Source: Minisyncoccota bacterium
Lineage (GTDB): Bacteria; Patescibacteriota; Minisyncoccia; Phycocordibacterales; UBA9973
DNA length: 64,000 nt
Direction: 5' to 3'
NCBI GenBank assembly: GCA_021734995.1
Contig: JAIPHX010000002.1
Location: forward strand, 16,189-80,188
A model generated the notes under the pieces. The model was not told where the DNA came from. It worked only from the letters and a program-made list of their open reading frames with translations, and did no database searches. The position numbers were made by a program, and so were the translations under genes. Shown piece by piece: positions 20,177-28,372 of this stretch (positions within the stretch are counted from its first letter, which is position 1; each line of letters begins with the position of its first letter).

Positions 20177-21061
20177 TTATGGTTTTTCCATAACATCTGT
20201 CTCTACCGACACAAATTTTCCATCTTTTATTTGGAATGTAATGCTTCCAAATTCTCCTCCATTCTTAACAATTTCTCCCAAGACTTTGTAAGGGTTAGGA
20301 TTATTCTCAATATCCTTTTTAGATATATGACTTACAATTCCATTTTTAAATTTAATGGTTACGGCTTTATATTCACCGGACCGAATAATATCGAGAACAG
20401 AAAGCTCCTTGTCTTCAAGGTATGAGGGGATATTTTCTTTCGAAATCAAATCCGCCTTATCTTTAAGGAAACGATTTTTAATGATATTGAAATTTATTTT
20501 TATATAGTTAGAGTCGATATATCCAACCAACTCAGAAAAATCAATTTCATCTCTAGTACCCACATCTGCCCTACCGTCAGGAGCAACAATCATGAAAAAG
20601 TCTTTGTCTTTCTGAATGAATGATCTCAATAAATATGTTTCGAGAATAACTGCATTTGAATTTTTAAAAAATGACTCCTTTGTAGTCTTTATATTTTCAA
20701 GAGGGACACCAAAGCGTCTAAGTTCCATAGCAATTTGAAGCCAAAACAACTCTAAAAAGCTAAGCATTGTAGTTGCATTCTTTTCTCGTGTATCAAGTAG
20801 CCCAGCTTGTTTCCAATGACTTAAAACTCGGCGATTTATTTTCAACTCTGACGGTTTAAATTTCTTTTCTCGGACCTTATTCAGAACAGGCTTTTTCTCA
20901 CCTCCAATCATTCCTAAAACTAGGTAACTAAAACCCGATCTTATGATATTAAATTTAGGCAAATTTGATGTCGCTTTCATGTTACATAAATTGTAACACA
21001 TCTGTAACATAATAAAAATACCCAACCTGTTTGTAACTAAGGCAAATGGTACATCCTCCAA
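20177..21061 (-). CDS. MerR-like HTH regulator with unknown C-terminal domain
   Basis: SELKINRRVLSHWKQAGLLDTRE...LSFLELFWLQIAMELRRFGVPLENIK resembles the MerR N-terminal HTH and dimerisation helix. The C-terminal ~180 aa is unassigned. Confidence 0.45.
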   Translation of the reverse strand: MEDVPFALVTNRLGIFIMLQMCYNLCNMKATSNLPKFNIIRSGFSYLVLGMIGGEKKPVLNKVREKKFKPSELKINRRVLSHWKQAGLLDTREKNATTMLSFLELFWLQIAMELRRFGVPLENIKTTKESFFKNSNAVILETYLLRSFIQKDKDFFMIVAPDGRADVGTRDEIDFSELVGYIDSNYIKINFNIIKNRFLKDKADLISKENIPSYLEDKELSVLDIIRSGEYKAVTIKFKNGIVSHISKKDIENNPNPYKVLGEIVKNGGEFGSITFQIKDGKFVSVETDVMEKP

Positions 21062-21089
21062 CCTCCCACACTGTTTTTCACACTGTTTT

Positions 21090-21310
21090 TTGATATCTTT
21101 CGAGTTTCTTTCGATTATTTTTGTGCTTTGCTGTTTTTTGTTTTGTCGAGTAAATGTCGAGTTTTTTGCTTCGTTTCGATTTTCTTTCGATTATTTTATA
21201 TTAATTGACCCAGTTTTTACCGAGTATTTTTATTTAACTTTTCTGAAACTTTCGGTTTTCTTTCGGTTATTTTTTGCTTTTTGTCGATTATTTGTCGATT
21301 TTTTCAATTT
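21090..21310. repeat. Iteron-like array of degenerate direct repeats T(T/G)TCGA(T/G)T(A/T)TTTT (about 12 copies)
   Basis: Examples: TTTCGAGTTTC, TTTCGATTATTTTTG, TGTCGAGTAAA, TGTCGAGTTTTTTG, TTTCGATTTTC, TTTCGATTATTTTAT, TTTCGGTTTTC, TTTCGGTTATTTTTTG, TGTCGATTATTTGTCGATTTTTT. All lie in the intergenic or promoter region of the MerR-like gene. Confidence 0.6.
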
Positions 21311-21983
21311 AAGAGATTGCGATATCTATGTTTTTGATACCACTAAAGTCGAGAGGATTTTCTACTTTACTCAAAATAAACAGATTTACATTCCAAATAT
21401 AAGGATTAGCCACAGTAAAGATCGATGACTTTTGTCTGCCTGTAGTTGCAATCTCAATAGCATCAGAGTGCATCTTTATCTCTATAATCTTTGAAAGTGG
21501 TATGACTCGATTTTCCATAGTGCCCCTGAATACGAGCTTTTTGTTTGTAATTATCAAGTCTCCACTTTCTACCGATCTAAGCTCCTGATTGCTCTCAGAT
21601 TGCCCCTTATAGCCTCCCACATGCACACCTTTCATAACTCTGAAGCCAATCCCTAAACCTACTGAATTCCTAATAGATTTTGACTCCATTAAAACAGTGT
21701 TTTCTTTCAAAAAAGCGTACTCATCTTTTTCTAATAAAAGCGAAGTTGAGATAGGTTCGAGTTTCTTTTCTAACTTGATCTTCTCGACCAGATTTCGAGC
21801 CTCATCTTTCTGTTGCTGATCTACTAGCGCCTTGTTTTTAACACTACCTTTCTTCGATCCATACCAGAATAAAACGATACCTGCAATCAAACCGAATACA
21901 CCAAGAGCGGGATCGATGACCGAGGATATCAACCATATACAAACGGCAATAAGTGCCAATTTGGTCTTACTTAAATTTTCCAT
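21309..21983 (-). CDS. Membrane protein with bacterial PH (bPH_2-like) domain
   Basis: Two N-terminal TM helices. C-terminal LIITNKKLVFRGTMENRVIPLSKIIEIKM...IEIATTGRQKSSIF matches the bPH fold profile. Confidence 0.5.
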   Translation of the reverse strand: MENLSKTKLALIAVCIWLISSVIDPALGVFGLIAGIVLFWYGSKKGSVKNKALVDQQQKDEARNLVEKIKLEKKLEPISTSLLLEKDEYAFLKENTVLMESKSIRNSVGLGIGFRVMKGVHVGGYKGQSESNQELRSVESGDLIITNKKLVFRGTMENRVIPLSKIIEIKMHSDAIEIATTGRQKSSIFTVANPYIWNVNLFILSKVENPLDFSGIKNIDIAIS

Positions 21984-22002
21984 TTTTGTAGCGAGTTTTT
22001 AT

Positions 22003-22140
22003 TAATAAAATACTTTTGGGCAGACAAAAAGCCCGCCGCCAAGCTGATGGTCCGAGGACCACCCATGCCCGTTTCCAGACATGACTCGCTACAAGCAACC
22101 CTGACGACGGGTTCTTTATCTTGTAGCGAGTTTTGCAACC
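22003..22140 (-). ncRNA. GC-rich structured leader / putative small RNA upstream of the bPH gene
   Basis: The ACTCGCTACAA motif occurs three times, twice direct and once inverted, so two mutually exclusive 11-12-bp stems are possible. There are additional GC hairpins (GGTCC..GGACC, GGGC..GCCC). GC content is far above the local background. Confidence 0.3.
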
Positions 22141-22210
22141 ATATCCTTTTGTGTTTACACAAAAGGGGTTAGGTCGACTGATATTCAGTTGTAATTCTAT
22201 TTTAACATAA

Positions 22211-22564
22211 TTACGACCAAATTCTATCGGTAAGTTCTTGCGTTAATATACCTAAACTTGTACCAGTAGTATCAACAACATTTATAACAATCATGTCAAA
22301 AACAAATTTACCAGTATCATTAGTAATCAATTCAACATAGAAAACGAGATCATAAACTTCTGGCAGATTACGAGAGTAGGTTTTCCCGTCCAGTTTAGTT
22401 TTTATTTGTATAAACTTTATGTTTCTTCCTTTAATCGCAATTAAATCATTACCACTATCTTTTATTGGTGGCGCGGCTTGAATACCAAACTCAAGAAGCT
22501 GTAACTGTGAGAATATTTCTCCTATTGCTCCCACGTATGTTGTTTTTGGTAGAGGATTTCCCAT
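22211..22564 (-). CDS. Small hypothetical protein, possible PD-(D/E)xK-like fold
   Basis: 117-aa protein. GNDLIAIKGRNIKFIQIKT resembles a D...(E/Q)xK core. It is the last gene of the defense operon. Confidence 0.25.
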   Translation of the reverse strand: MGNPLPKTTYVGAIGEIFSQLQLLEFGIQAAPPIKDSGNDLIAIKGRNIKFIQIKTKLDGKTYSRNLPEVYDLVFYVELITNDTGKFVFDMIVINVVDTTGTSLGILTQELTDRIWS

Positions 22565-22582
22565 ATGTATTAAAGGAACTTT

Positions 22583-24328
22583 TTACTTATCGTAGTCAAC
22601 TTCAATATCAAGACCGAGCAATTTCTCTTCTGGTGAGCCATCCTTTAGGGCAAGAACTTCTTTACTTTCAATATATTTGATCTCGTCTGCTGAAAGATAT
22701 TCTTGGTTCTTAATTTGATCCAAAAAGTCTTGGTTGATTGTGAGAATATACTGAAGATTATTTTCCTCACAAATCTCAGAAACAAGTTTTAGGAATACTG
22801 CGACTTGTCTAGCATCTGTGTCACTAAGAATACGGCTGTCATGCGCCAAGAACTTTATGCCATGATTTGTCCCACCCATAACAAAAATAGTTAGATCGAA
22901 GCAAAGCATCTTTACACCAGCTATTCCATCCGAACTGTCATATTTGATGCGAGCATCCAGGTCAAATTGAGTTTGGTTATCTTTTGTATTTTCTTTAACG
23001 GTAATACCTGCGGTGGAAGATGGATAAAATGTTTCAGAAAGTTTAGTAAAGAAAGCATTATTTTTTTCATTCAAAGTGTCAACACTCAGCTTATAATCCA
23101 GCGCTTCTTTTTCTGCTTCTGCTCTTTCGATTTTAATTTCACTCTTTCTTTTCTTATTGTGATCAATGAGATTTTTGTACCTCTGTAATGACTCTAGTTC
23201 TTCTTGGGCTTGAGTTTTTTGTTGCACCAAAACAGAATAATCTTCCAGGGCACCGCCACTTCCTAACATACGAAGATAATCATCAAGCTCTTTATTTTTT
23301 AAAGAAAGACTGCCTTTTATCTTTTTTATTTGAGGTAATAATTCCGCTTTCTGTTTATTGAGTTGAGTAACTCGTTTGGTAGTTATTTGATTATGGAAAG
23401 ATAGAGTGTCTTTCAGGTTTTTCTTTAAAAGTTCAGGAAATTCAACAGATACTTTCTTGTACGCTAAAAGTACCTGATTTTTTTCAAGATCAAGTGGTAC
23501 AGCATTTTCAATTGTCTTATTTATATTTTGTAATCTCTTTTCAAGAATGAGTAATTCATTGATCAATGATTTTCGCTGATAGGATACCTGATCAGCTTCA
23601 CTTTGAATTTGTCTATTATTTTCTGCAATTTCATAATTCTTCAATCCGTTTTCAGCATCTTTAATCTTCACTCTGAGCTCTCTGAGTGCAATATCGACAT
23701 CGCTGTATTTAAGGAGAATACTCCTTACCTCATTGTCTTTATCAAGGGCATCTAAAACCACCTTTATCTTGTCAGCTTCTTCTTTAAGAACTTTCTTTTT
23801 AACTAAGTAATCAATATCAAAACCCAATAAATAGAAATTATTTATCAATTTCTGAAAAGGTTTTTCTCTTAAAAATACAGTATCCCAACTTACATAGCTT
23901 TGTTTCTTGGCACGCAAAAACCTATTCATTATTGTGCGGTAGCTGATATAAGGGTACTTACCTAGGTCAATATTAAAAAGCATCTCCTCCATTCTTTTAT
24001 TAAAAAGATCGAGTGATAATTCTTCTTCATTTAAATAAACTCTGTTTGTTTCCTCAGCAGGTCTTCGAACGGTGTAAGTCTTTCCGTCGTGTTCAAAATC
24101 AAGATAAAAGACCCAACCTTTTAGGCTATTTTTAAAAGCGTTATTATCTGATCCAAGACAAAAATCTATTATTGAGAGAAGAAGACTTTTACCTACTCCA
24201 TTAAAAGTTTTAGTGGTTGATTTGTCTTTGGGGTCTTTTTTTCCACCAAAAATAATATTCAAACTATCCGTTTTGAAGATGACGGTCTTAAATGTATCTT
24301 TGTTTGAATAAACTTTTAATAATTGCAT
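22583..24328 (-). CDS. SMC-like ABC ATPase with central coiled coil (LmuB/ABC-3C ATPase-like)
   Basis: N-terminal Walker A (FNGVGKSLLLSIIDF), a long coiled-coil middle region and a C-terminal Walker B/D-loop (MLCFD..FLAHDSRILSD). Confidence 0.6.
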   Translation of the reverse strand: MQLLKVYSNKDTFKTVIFKTDSLNIIFGGKKDPKDKSTTKTFNGVGKSLLLSIIDFCLGSDNNAFKNSLKGWVFYLDFEHDGKTYTVRRPAEETNRVYLNEEELSLDLFNKRMEEMLFNIDLGKYPYISYRTIMNRFLRAKKQSYVSWDTVFLREKPFQKLINNFYLLGFDIDYLVKKKVLKEEADKIKVVLDALDKDNEVRSILLKYSDVDIALRELRVKIKDAENGLKNYEIAENNRQIQSEADQVSYQRKSLINELLILEKRLQNINKTIENAVPLDLEKNQVLLAYKKVSVEFPELLKKNLKDTLSFHNQITTKRVTQLNKQKAELLPQIKKIKGSLSLKNKELDDYLRMLGSGGALEDYSVLVQQKTQAQEELESLQRYKNLIDHNKKRKSEIKIERAEAEKEALDYKLSVDTLNEKNNAFFTKLSETFYPSSTAGITVKENTKDNQTQFDLDARIKYDSSDGIAGVKMLCFDLTIFVMGGTNHGIKFLAHDSRILSDTDARQVAVFLKLVSEICEENNLQYILTINQDFLDQIKNQEYLSADEIKYIESKEVLALKDGSPEEKLLGLDIEVDYDK

Positions 24329-24567
24329 AAATGTAAATTGAAATTCTTATCGACCTCTACTGCACCAAAAGAATAGAGTAAGTCTAAGGCTAAAACAAAA
24401 TTTTGATGATTGTGGTAACTTGGACAGCGTTTAGTATTGTTGACAGCACTAAACTTTACCCAAAGCCCTTCAATTGAAACTGGTTTATCCAGTAATTCAA
24501 TAAGAACCCCAGAAAGTCCGAATATTGAGTCGTATAAACTAACATGTTTTGATGGAAAAATTATCAT
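24316..24567 (-). CDS. Small middle component (83 aa) of the ABC three-component system (LmuC-like)
   Basis: Small helical protein whose coding sequence overlaps both neighbouring genes. Its position is typical of an ABC-3C/Lamassu middle component. Confidence 0.4.
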   Translation of the reverse strand: MIIFPSKHVSLYDSIFGLSGVLIELLDKPVSIEGLWVKFSAVNNTKRCPSYHNHQNFVLALDLLYSFGAVEVDKNFNLHLCNY

Positions 24568-25499
24568 TTTGGTTCTTTGTATATATCACAACTTTCAAAG
24601 TAAAGCGCCATGAGGCTCAGTGCCGCTTTTCTTATCGCTGGCTCCATCATGCTATGAGATGAACTGCAGGTAAGAATGTCAAAAAATATATTGTCGGAAC
24701 ACTCCTCGTCTGCAGGCTCTCCATATTTTTTGACTGCTGAATTATATAGATGAGTAAATTTCTCTTGCAGTTCTTGTTTCAGCTCTTTATCGTCTATTTC
24801 TGAGAAATATTTTTCTACCTCTGATATGTTTTCATAATGCTTCTTCAGCATTTCGGTTGAGGATGCACTTAGGTGGTTAAATGCAATTTTTTCTTCGAAA
24901 TCAGGTGCGATAAGCTTGGCGCTTACATCATCAGGAATTTCCAATGATTTAAGATGTTCAGCAACAATATTCAGAGACTCGTAACTTAGTATTGTCTCGT
25001 CTGAATTTAAATGCAAAATTTCATCTTGTTTTTCTGGAGATAACTCTCTAAACATTCTTTGCAGATCATCAGCGTTGAATAGGTGAAATTTGATCTCAGA
25101 ATACTTTTTAGTTTTTTGAAGTTTGCTTAAAGCGCTACGTAGATCAGGATAAGCACCCTGAAACTTATCGTTAAAAGCAAAATAGAATTCCTTTATCGGA
25201 TCAATATCATTCCAAAACTTGTAAAGACCACCGAAGTCAGTGATCATTTTCTCTACCGCTTTTTGAGCGTTCTCTTTGGGATTTTCTGGGGAATAAACTT
25301 GATAAAAAATCCCTTCACCTTCTCTGTAGCCATCATTCTTCTTATCTCCCTTTGAGCCTTGTGGTTTAACCTTTTTAAAATTAGTGAAAGCAGAAGTAGC
25401 AACCTTCCAGAATAAATCCTGAAATGCTTGGGCATTGGCTTCGGTGATTAAGCCTCTCAAAATTTTTCCTGATATACGTTGATATTCAATCTGGTTCAT
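24564..25499 (-). CDS. Putative effector component (LmuA-like) of a Lamassu/ABC-3C-type system
   Basis: 311-aa protein. The N-terminal GDKKNDGYREGEGIFYQVYSPE region resembles a restriction-endonuclease-like core. It is the first gene of the operon and overlaps the next gene. Confidence 0.4.
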   Translation of the reverse strand: MNQIEYQRISGKILRGLITEANAQAFQDLFWKVATSAFTNFKKVKPQGSKGDKKNDGYREGEGIFYQVYSPENPKENAQKAVEKMITDFGGLYKFWNDIDPIKEFYFAFNDKFQGAYPDLRSALSKLQKTKKYSEIKFHLFNADDLQRMFRELSPEKQDEILHLNSDETILSYESLNIVAEHLKSLEIPDDVSAKLIAPDFEEKIAFNHLSASSTEMLKKHYENISEVEKYFSEIDDKELKQELQEKFTHLYNSAVKKYGEPADEECSDNIFFDILTCSSSHSMMEPAIRKAALSLMALYFESCDIYKEPK

Positions 25500-25834
25500 G
25501 CTCTTACTATTTTATCAGAAAGTAACATACAAAGAAATGCTTTGAACAGTTGATTGAGTACTTTTTAAATCAACGAACTAGTAAGAGTAACTTGTTCGTA
25601 TTCTCTATATGAAATCCAAGGTCGCTATACAACCCAGCCCAGTCAAAAGTTCGAAATCATACCTCCAGACGAGTAAAGACTCAATACTCAACCTTATATT
25701 CAATACTAGGATTGTGCCTATTAATTAAAAATTAATTATTGTAAAACAACATTTAAATTAGCGTTCTGTGGATCATTAAAATATTGATACCACTGATACA
25801 TAAAGCTTTTTATAGAGTTCAGTAGATTTCGGCT

Positions 25835-25846
25835 CATCTCCACATC
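25835..25846 (+). repeat. Third, degenerate copy of the tmRNA 3'-end core (CATCTCCACATC)
   Basis: Matches 18429-18440 exactly. The flanking sequence GATTTCGGCT resembles the tmRNA T-arm 3' strand AATTTCCCCC. Confidence 0.5.
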
Positions 25847-25852
25847 GCTCTG

Positions 25853-25880
25853 AAAAACTGCCTTAATGGCAGTTTTTTGG
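25853..25880. terminator. Bidirectional rho-independent terminator
   Basis: AAAAACTGCC-TTAAT-GGCAGTTTTTT. Confidence 0.6.
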
Positions 25881-25975
25881 TGCGACTGTGGTGCACAAGT
25901 GGGAAATTGAATAGCCGGAGCGCGACGGCGCGAGGCGGGGTCGCGGGTTTTGCCAGTAGGCAAAAACCTGTGACT
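25881..25975 (-). other. GC-rich structured element B (homolog of element A), adjacent to the distal att repeat
   Basis: On the minus strand: GGTTTTTGCC-TACT-GGCAAAACC, CGCGA-CCCCGCC-TCGCG, then GCGCCGTCGCGCTCCGGCT (shared with A), then ATTCAATTTCCC (identical to the tmRNA T-loop region), ending ...GCACCA before the terminator. Confidence 0.35.
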
Positions 25976-26002
25976 CATATTTCCCCCATCTCCACAAACA
26001 AC

Positions 26003-26548
26003 TTACCCAGAACAAGGTATCTCTGTATAAAGTATTTCTATTGGAAAACTTTCTCCTTGACCATTATCTGTAACCGAATCATCAATACGGAGTGTATTTG
26101 TTGAAAAATCTTCTTTATAAGAGTAACGCAATTCTGTTAAAGTTTTGTCTTTTAAAAAATATCTTTCTTCTTGATTGTTCCCACCTCCATCAAAAATAGT
26201 TATCGCTGTGATTGCATTAATCATACCATCATCAGATATTATTCCCTCTATTAGTCCTTTATATCCCACACTGTATTCTTGGGTTTGATTATATCCAGTT
26301 TTGATCCCTGTTATTTTAGAATCACTAACAATTAACTCTATGTTCCTTTTATCAATGATCTCAGAATCATCTTTAGAATATCCAAAACAATAAGTTCCAT
26401 TAGATATACGAAGTGGCTGGCTTGGTTTATTTTCATCAACAATTACTGGATCATCAAGTGAATCAAATTTTTTACCTTTATTAAAATAAAAATAACTAGT
26501 TACTCCTAGTAATAATAAAATAATTGTAAAAATTAGTATTTTTTTCAT
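26003..26548 (-). CDS. Secreted/lipoprotein-like hypothetical protein
   Basis: N-terminal signal-like hydrophobic segment. No recognisable domain. Confidence 0.35.
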   Translation of the reverse strand: MKKILIFTIILLLLGVTSYFYFNKGKKFDSLDDPVIVDENKPSQPLRISNGTYCFGYSKDDSEIIDKRNIELIVSDSKITGIKTGYNQTQEYSVGYKGLIEGIISDDGMINAITAITIFDGGGNNQEERYFLKDKTLTELRYSYKEDFSTNTLRIDDSVTDNGQGESFPIEILYTEIPCSG

Positions 26549-26615
26549 ATAAACCCATTGTACCTATTTATTTGATATACTACTATACCATTTTATTTAT
26601 TACATCCCCCTTTCT

Positions 26616-27104
26616 TTACCTCCTAAACCCTCCTCCTACTGGATGTATGTTACCCTTTTGAATATAGCTATTCATCATTCCTTTCATGGGACCACGATGC
26701 ATTAAAGTATTATTCAAACCAATAGCATCAATGGTAAAACCCGCCACTATCACAGCAAGAGTGAAAAATAAAATCACCACCCAAGGTTTTAATTTATAAG
26801 AAAAGTCATATCTCCGAATAAGCCAAATACCCAGAGCTAATCCCACTATTGCAAACACTATTGTCCACCAAGGAAAAGAAGAGAGCATTTGCTCCAAACG
26901 ATACTCTGCCCTCCACCCATTATTTGTTCGCAAAAAAAATCTAGTCAATCCTACCAAAAAGACAGAAACAAAAATAGTAAAAACTAAACCAAAAAAGGTA
27001 AGGATAGAACCCGCAATAAAATACATTTTGGGTTTCATTTTAACCTTCCCTGCTTTGATTTGAGTCATTACACTCTCTGTAATATTTTTTACTTCTTCTG
27101 ACAT
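26616..27104 (-). CDS. Membrane protein, putative anti-sigma factor partner
   Basis: Four TM helices. Its start overlaps the ECF sigma gene by 16 nt. Confidence 0.35.
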   Translation of the reverse strand: MSEEVKNITESVMTQIKAGKVKMKPKMYFIAGSILTFFGLVFTIFVSVFLVGLTRFFLRTNNGWRAEYRLEQMLSSFPWWTIVFAIVGLALGIWLIRRYDFSYKLKPWVVILFFTLAVIVAGFTIDAIGLNNTLMHRGPMKGMMNSYIQKGNIHPVGGGFRR

Positions 27105-27631
27105 ATCTTTTTTATTATTTTTTTAGCTCTACTAATACGAGTAGCGACCGTCCCCATAGGAATTCGCAAGATATCACTTATCTCTTCATATGATTTTTCA
27201 TCAATATAATACAACGAAAGAGGCTCCGAATACAAAATAGGCATTTCCCCCAAACACTTCCGCACCATCTCAGCTATTTCTTTTTTCCCAAAATTATCTT
27301 CAAGGTTTTCTTCACTTCTAAAATCCCAATCATCTTCTAAAAGAATTTCTTTTTTTTCTCTTTTTAAAACATTTAACATTTGATTATGGGCGATTCGATA
27401 AATCCAGCTAGAAAATTTTTTCTCTAAATCAAAGCTTTGCAGATTGATAAAAGCTTTTATGAAAGACTCTTGTACAATATCTATCGCTTTTTGTTCATCT
27501 TTTGTTAATCCAAAAGCATAACGCATTAATTTTTTCTGATATCTCTCTATTAAAAGAGCATACAAAGATTGATCAGATGTTCTGACTTTTTCAACAATCT
27601 CTTCATCTGATAATTTTTCACTTTCATTCAT
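27089..27631 (-). CDS. ECF-type RNA polymerase sigma-70 factor
   Basis: Sigma-70 region 2 (WIYRIAHNQMLN) and a region-4 HTH (SYEEISDILRIPMGTVATRISRA). The likely start is MNESEKL. Confidence 0.75.
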   Translation of the reverse strand: MNESEKLSDEEIVEKVRTSDQSLYALLIERYQKKLMRYAFGLTKDEQKAIDIVQESFIKAFINLQSFDLEKKFSSWIYRIAHNQMLNVLKREKKEILLEDDWDFRSEENLEDNFGKKEIAEMVRKCLGEMPILYSEPLSLYYIDEKSYEEISDILRIPMGTVATRISRAKKIIKKICQKK

Positions 27632-27708
27632 ATTTAAATAATAACAAGAATAAACAAAGAACACACCAACCTGAGAATTTAAACAAAGATTGATGTGCTA
27701 TTTGTAAT

Positions 27709-28122
27709 TTAACGATTCATTCCACCTCTATGCATTCCACCTCTATTCATTCCTTTGTAAGATGAACCTTTCCTGTCTTCATTGAAAGAATTTCTCATTC
27801 CAAGACCAAGATCCTGTCTAATCTTTTGAGCCCCTACAAAATCTCCTTTTTCTGCTAGATTGTGAGCCTCAGCAAATTTTGCAAAATTATCTTGAGTGAT
27901 AACTTCCAAAACTCTACCCCTCCCTTCCATTAAATTTTTCCAAGCAGTATAGTCATTTGTTTCAAAAGCTTTTTCCATTGCAGTATGACGCTCAACAGAA
28001 TAGTTGGGTCCGTTTACAGAAGGATTCATCATATAAGCAGATGCTTGACTGGCTAGTATTCCATAAACCCCTAGAAATAAGGCAAATGATCCTAAGGCTA
28101 TCATCGTATTTTTTTTACTCAT
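27709..28122 (-). CDS. Small secreted protein with Gly/Met/Arg-rich C-terminus
   Basis: Signal peptide present. Lies upstream of the sigma/anti-sigma pair. Confidence 0.35.
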   Translation of the reverse strand: MSKKNTMIALGSFALFLGVYGILASQASAYMMNPSVNGPNYSVERHTAMEKAFETNDYTAWKNLMEGRGRVLEVITQDNFAKFAEAHNLAEKGDFVGAQKIRQDLGLGMRNSFNEDRKGSSYKGMNRGGMHRGGMNR

Positions 28123-28372
28123 ATATTTTTAATTAATTTTTAATATACCCAATCGACCCATCTATAAGTAATACAAACAAAGCGTCCTTTTTCTTTCATT
28201 TCTTCTTTTATCCCCAAGAATCAAACAATCCACACACAAAATACTTTTAAAAAGAAGTACTGAGAGAGGTTTATTTTTCAAACACTCATCCCCTAATCTA
28301 TTATATTTTTCACCCCACAAGGCTAAAACTGTACAGTTTGTTTTTTAATCAAAAAAGAATAATATATAAACC

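Larger units (their letters stand above)
18420..25996. mobile_element. Integrated genomic island at the ssrA 3' end (serine-recombinase island carrying a defense operon)
   Basis: An 18-bp direct repeat ATTTCCCCCATCTCCACA occurs at 18422-18439 (tmRNA 3' end) and 25979-25996. All island genes are co-oriented on the minus strand. A large serine recombinase gene lies at the proximal end and reads into the tmRNA 3' segment. Confidence 0.7.

Noticed and set aside
21090-21310. Tandem repeats as a CRISPR array
   Set aside because: The units are about 13 bp, degenerate and without uniform spacers. There are no cas genes in the window.
21090-21428. 112-aa plus-strand ORF of low-complexity F/S/R-rich sequence
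   Set aside because: It is a translation artefact of the iteron-like TTTCGATTATTTT repeat tract. It has no start context and shows extreme compositional bias.
21971-22162. 63-aa minus-strand ORF
   Set aside because: It coincides with the GC-rich structured leader at 22003-22140. Its frame is kept open only by the GC bias.
25881-25975. Element B as a functional tRNA or tRNA-like gene
   Set aside because: The ATTCAATTTCCC segment copies the tmRNA T-loop region, but the flanking bases cannot form a T-stem (GGCUA/UCCCA) and there is no acceptor pairing. It is treated as a relic or structured RNA instead.
25736-25978. 80-aa minus-strand ORF
   Set aside because: It covers the terminator, GC-rich element B and the third att-core copy, and has no RBS. 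It is more plausibly non-coding.
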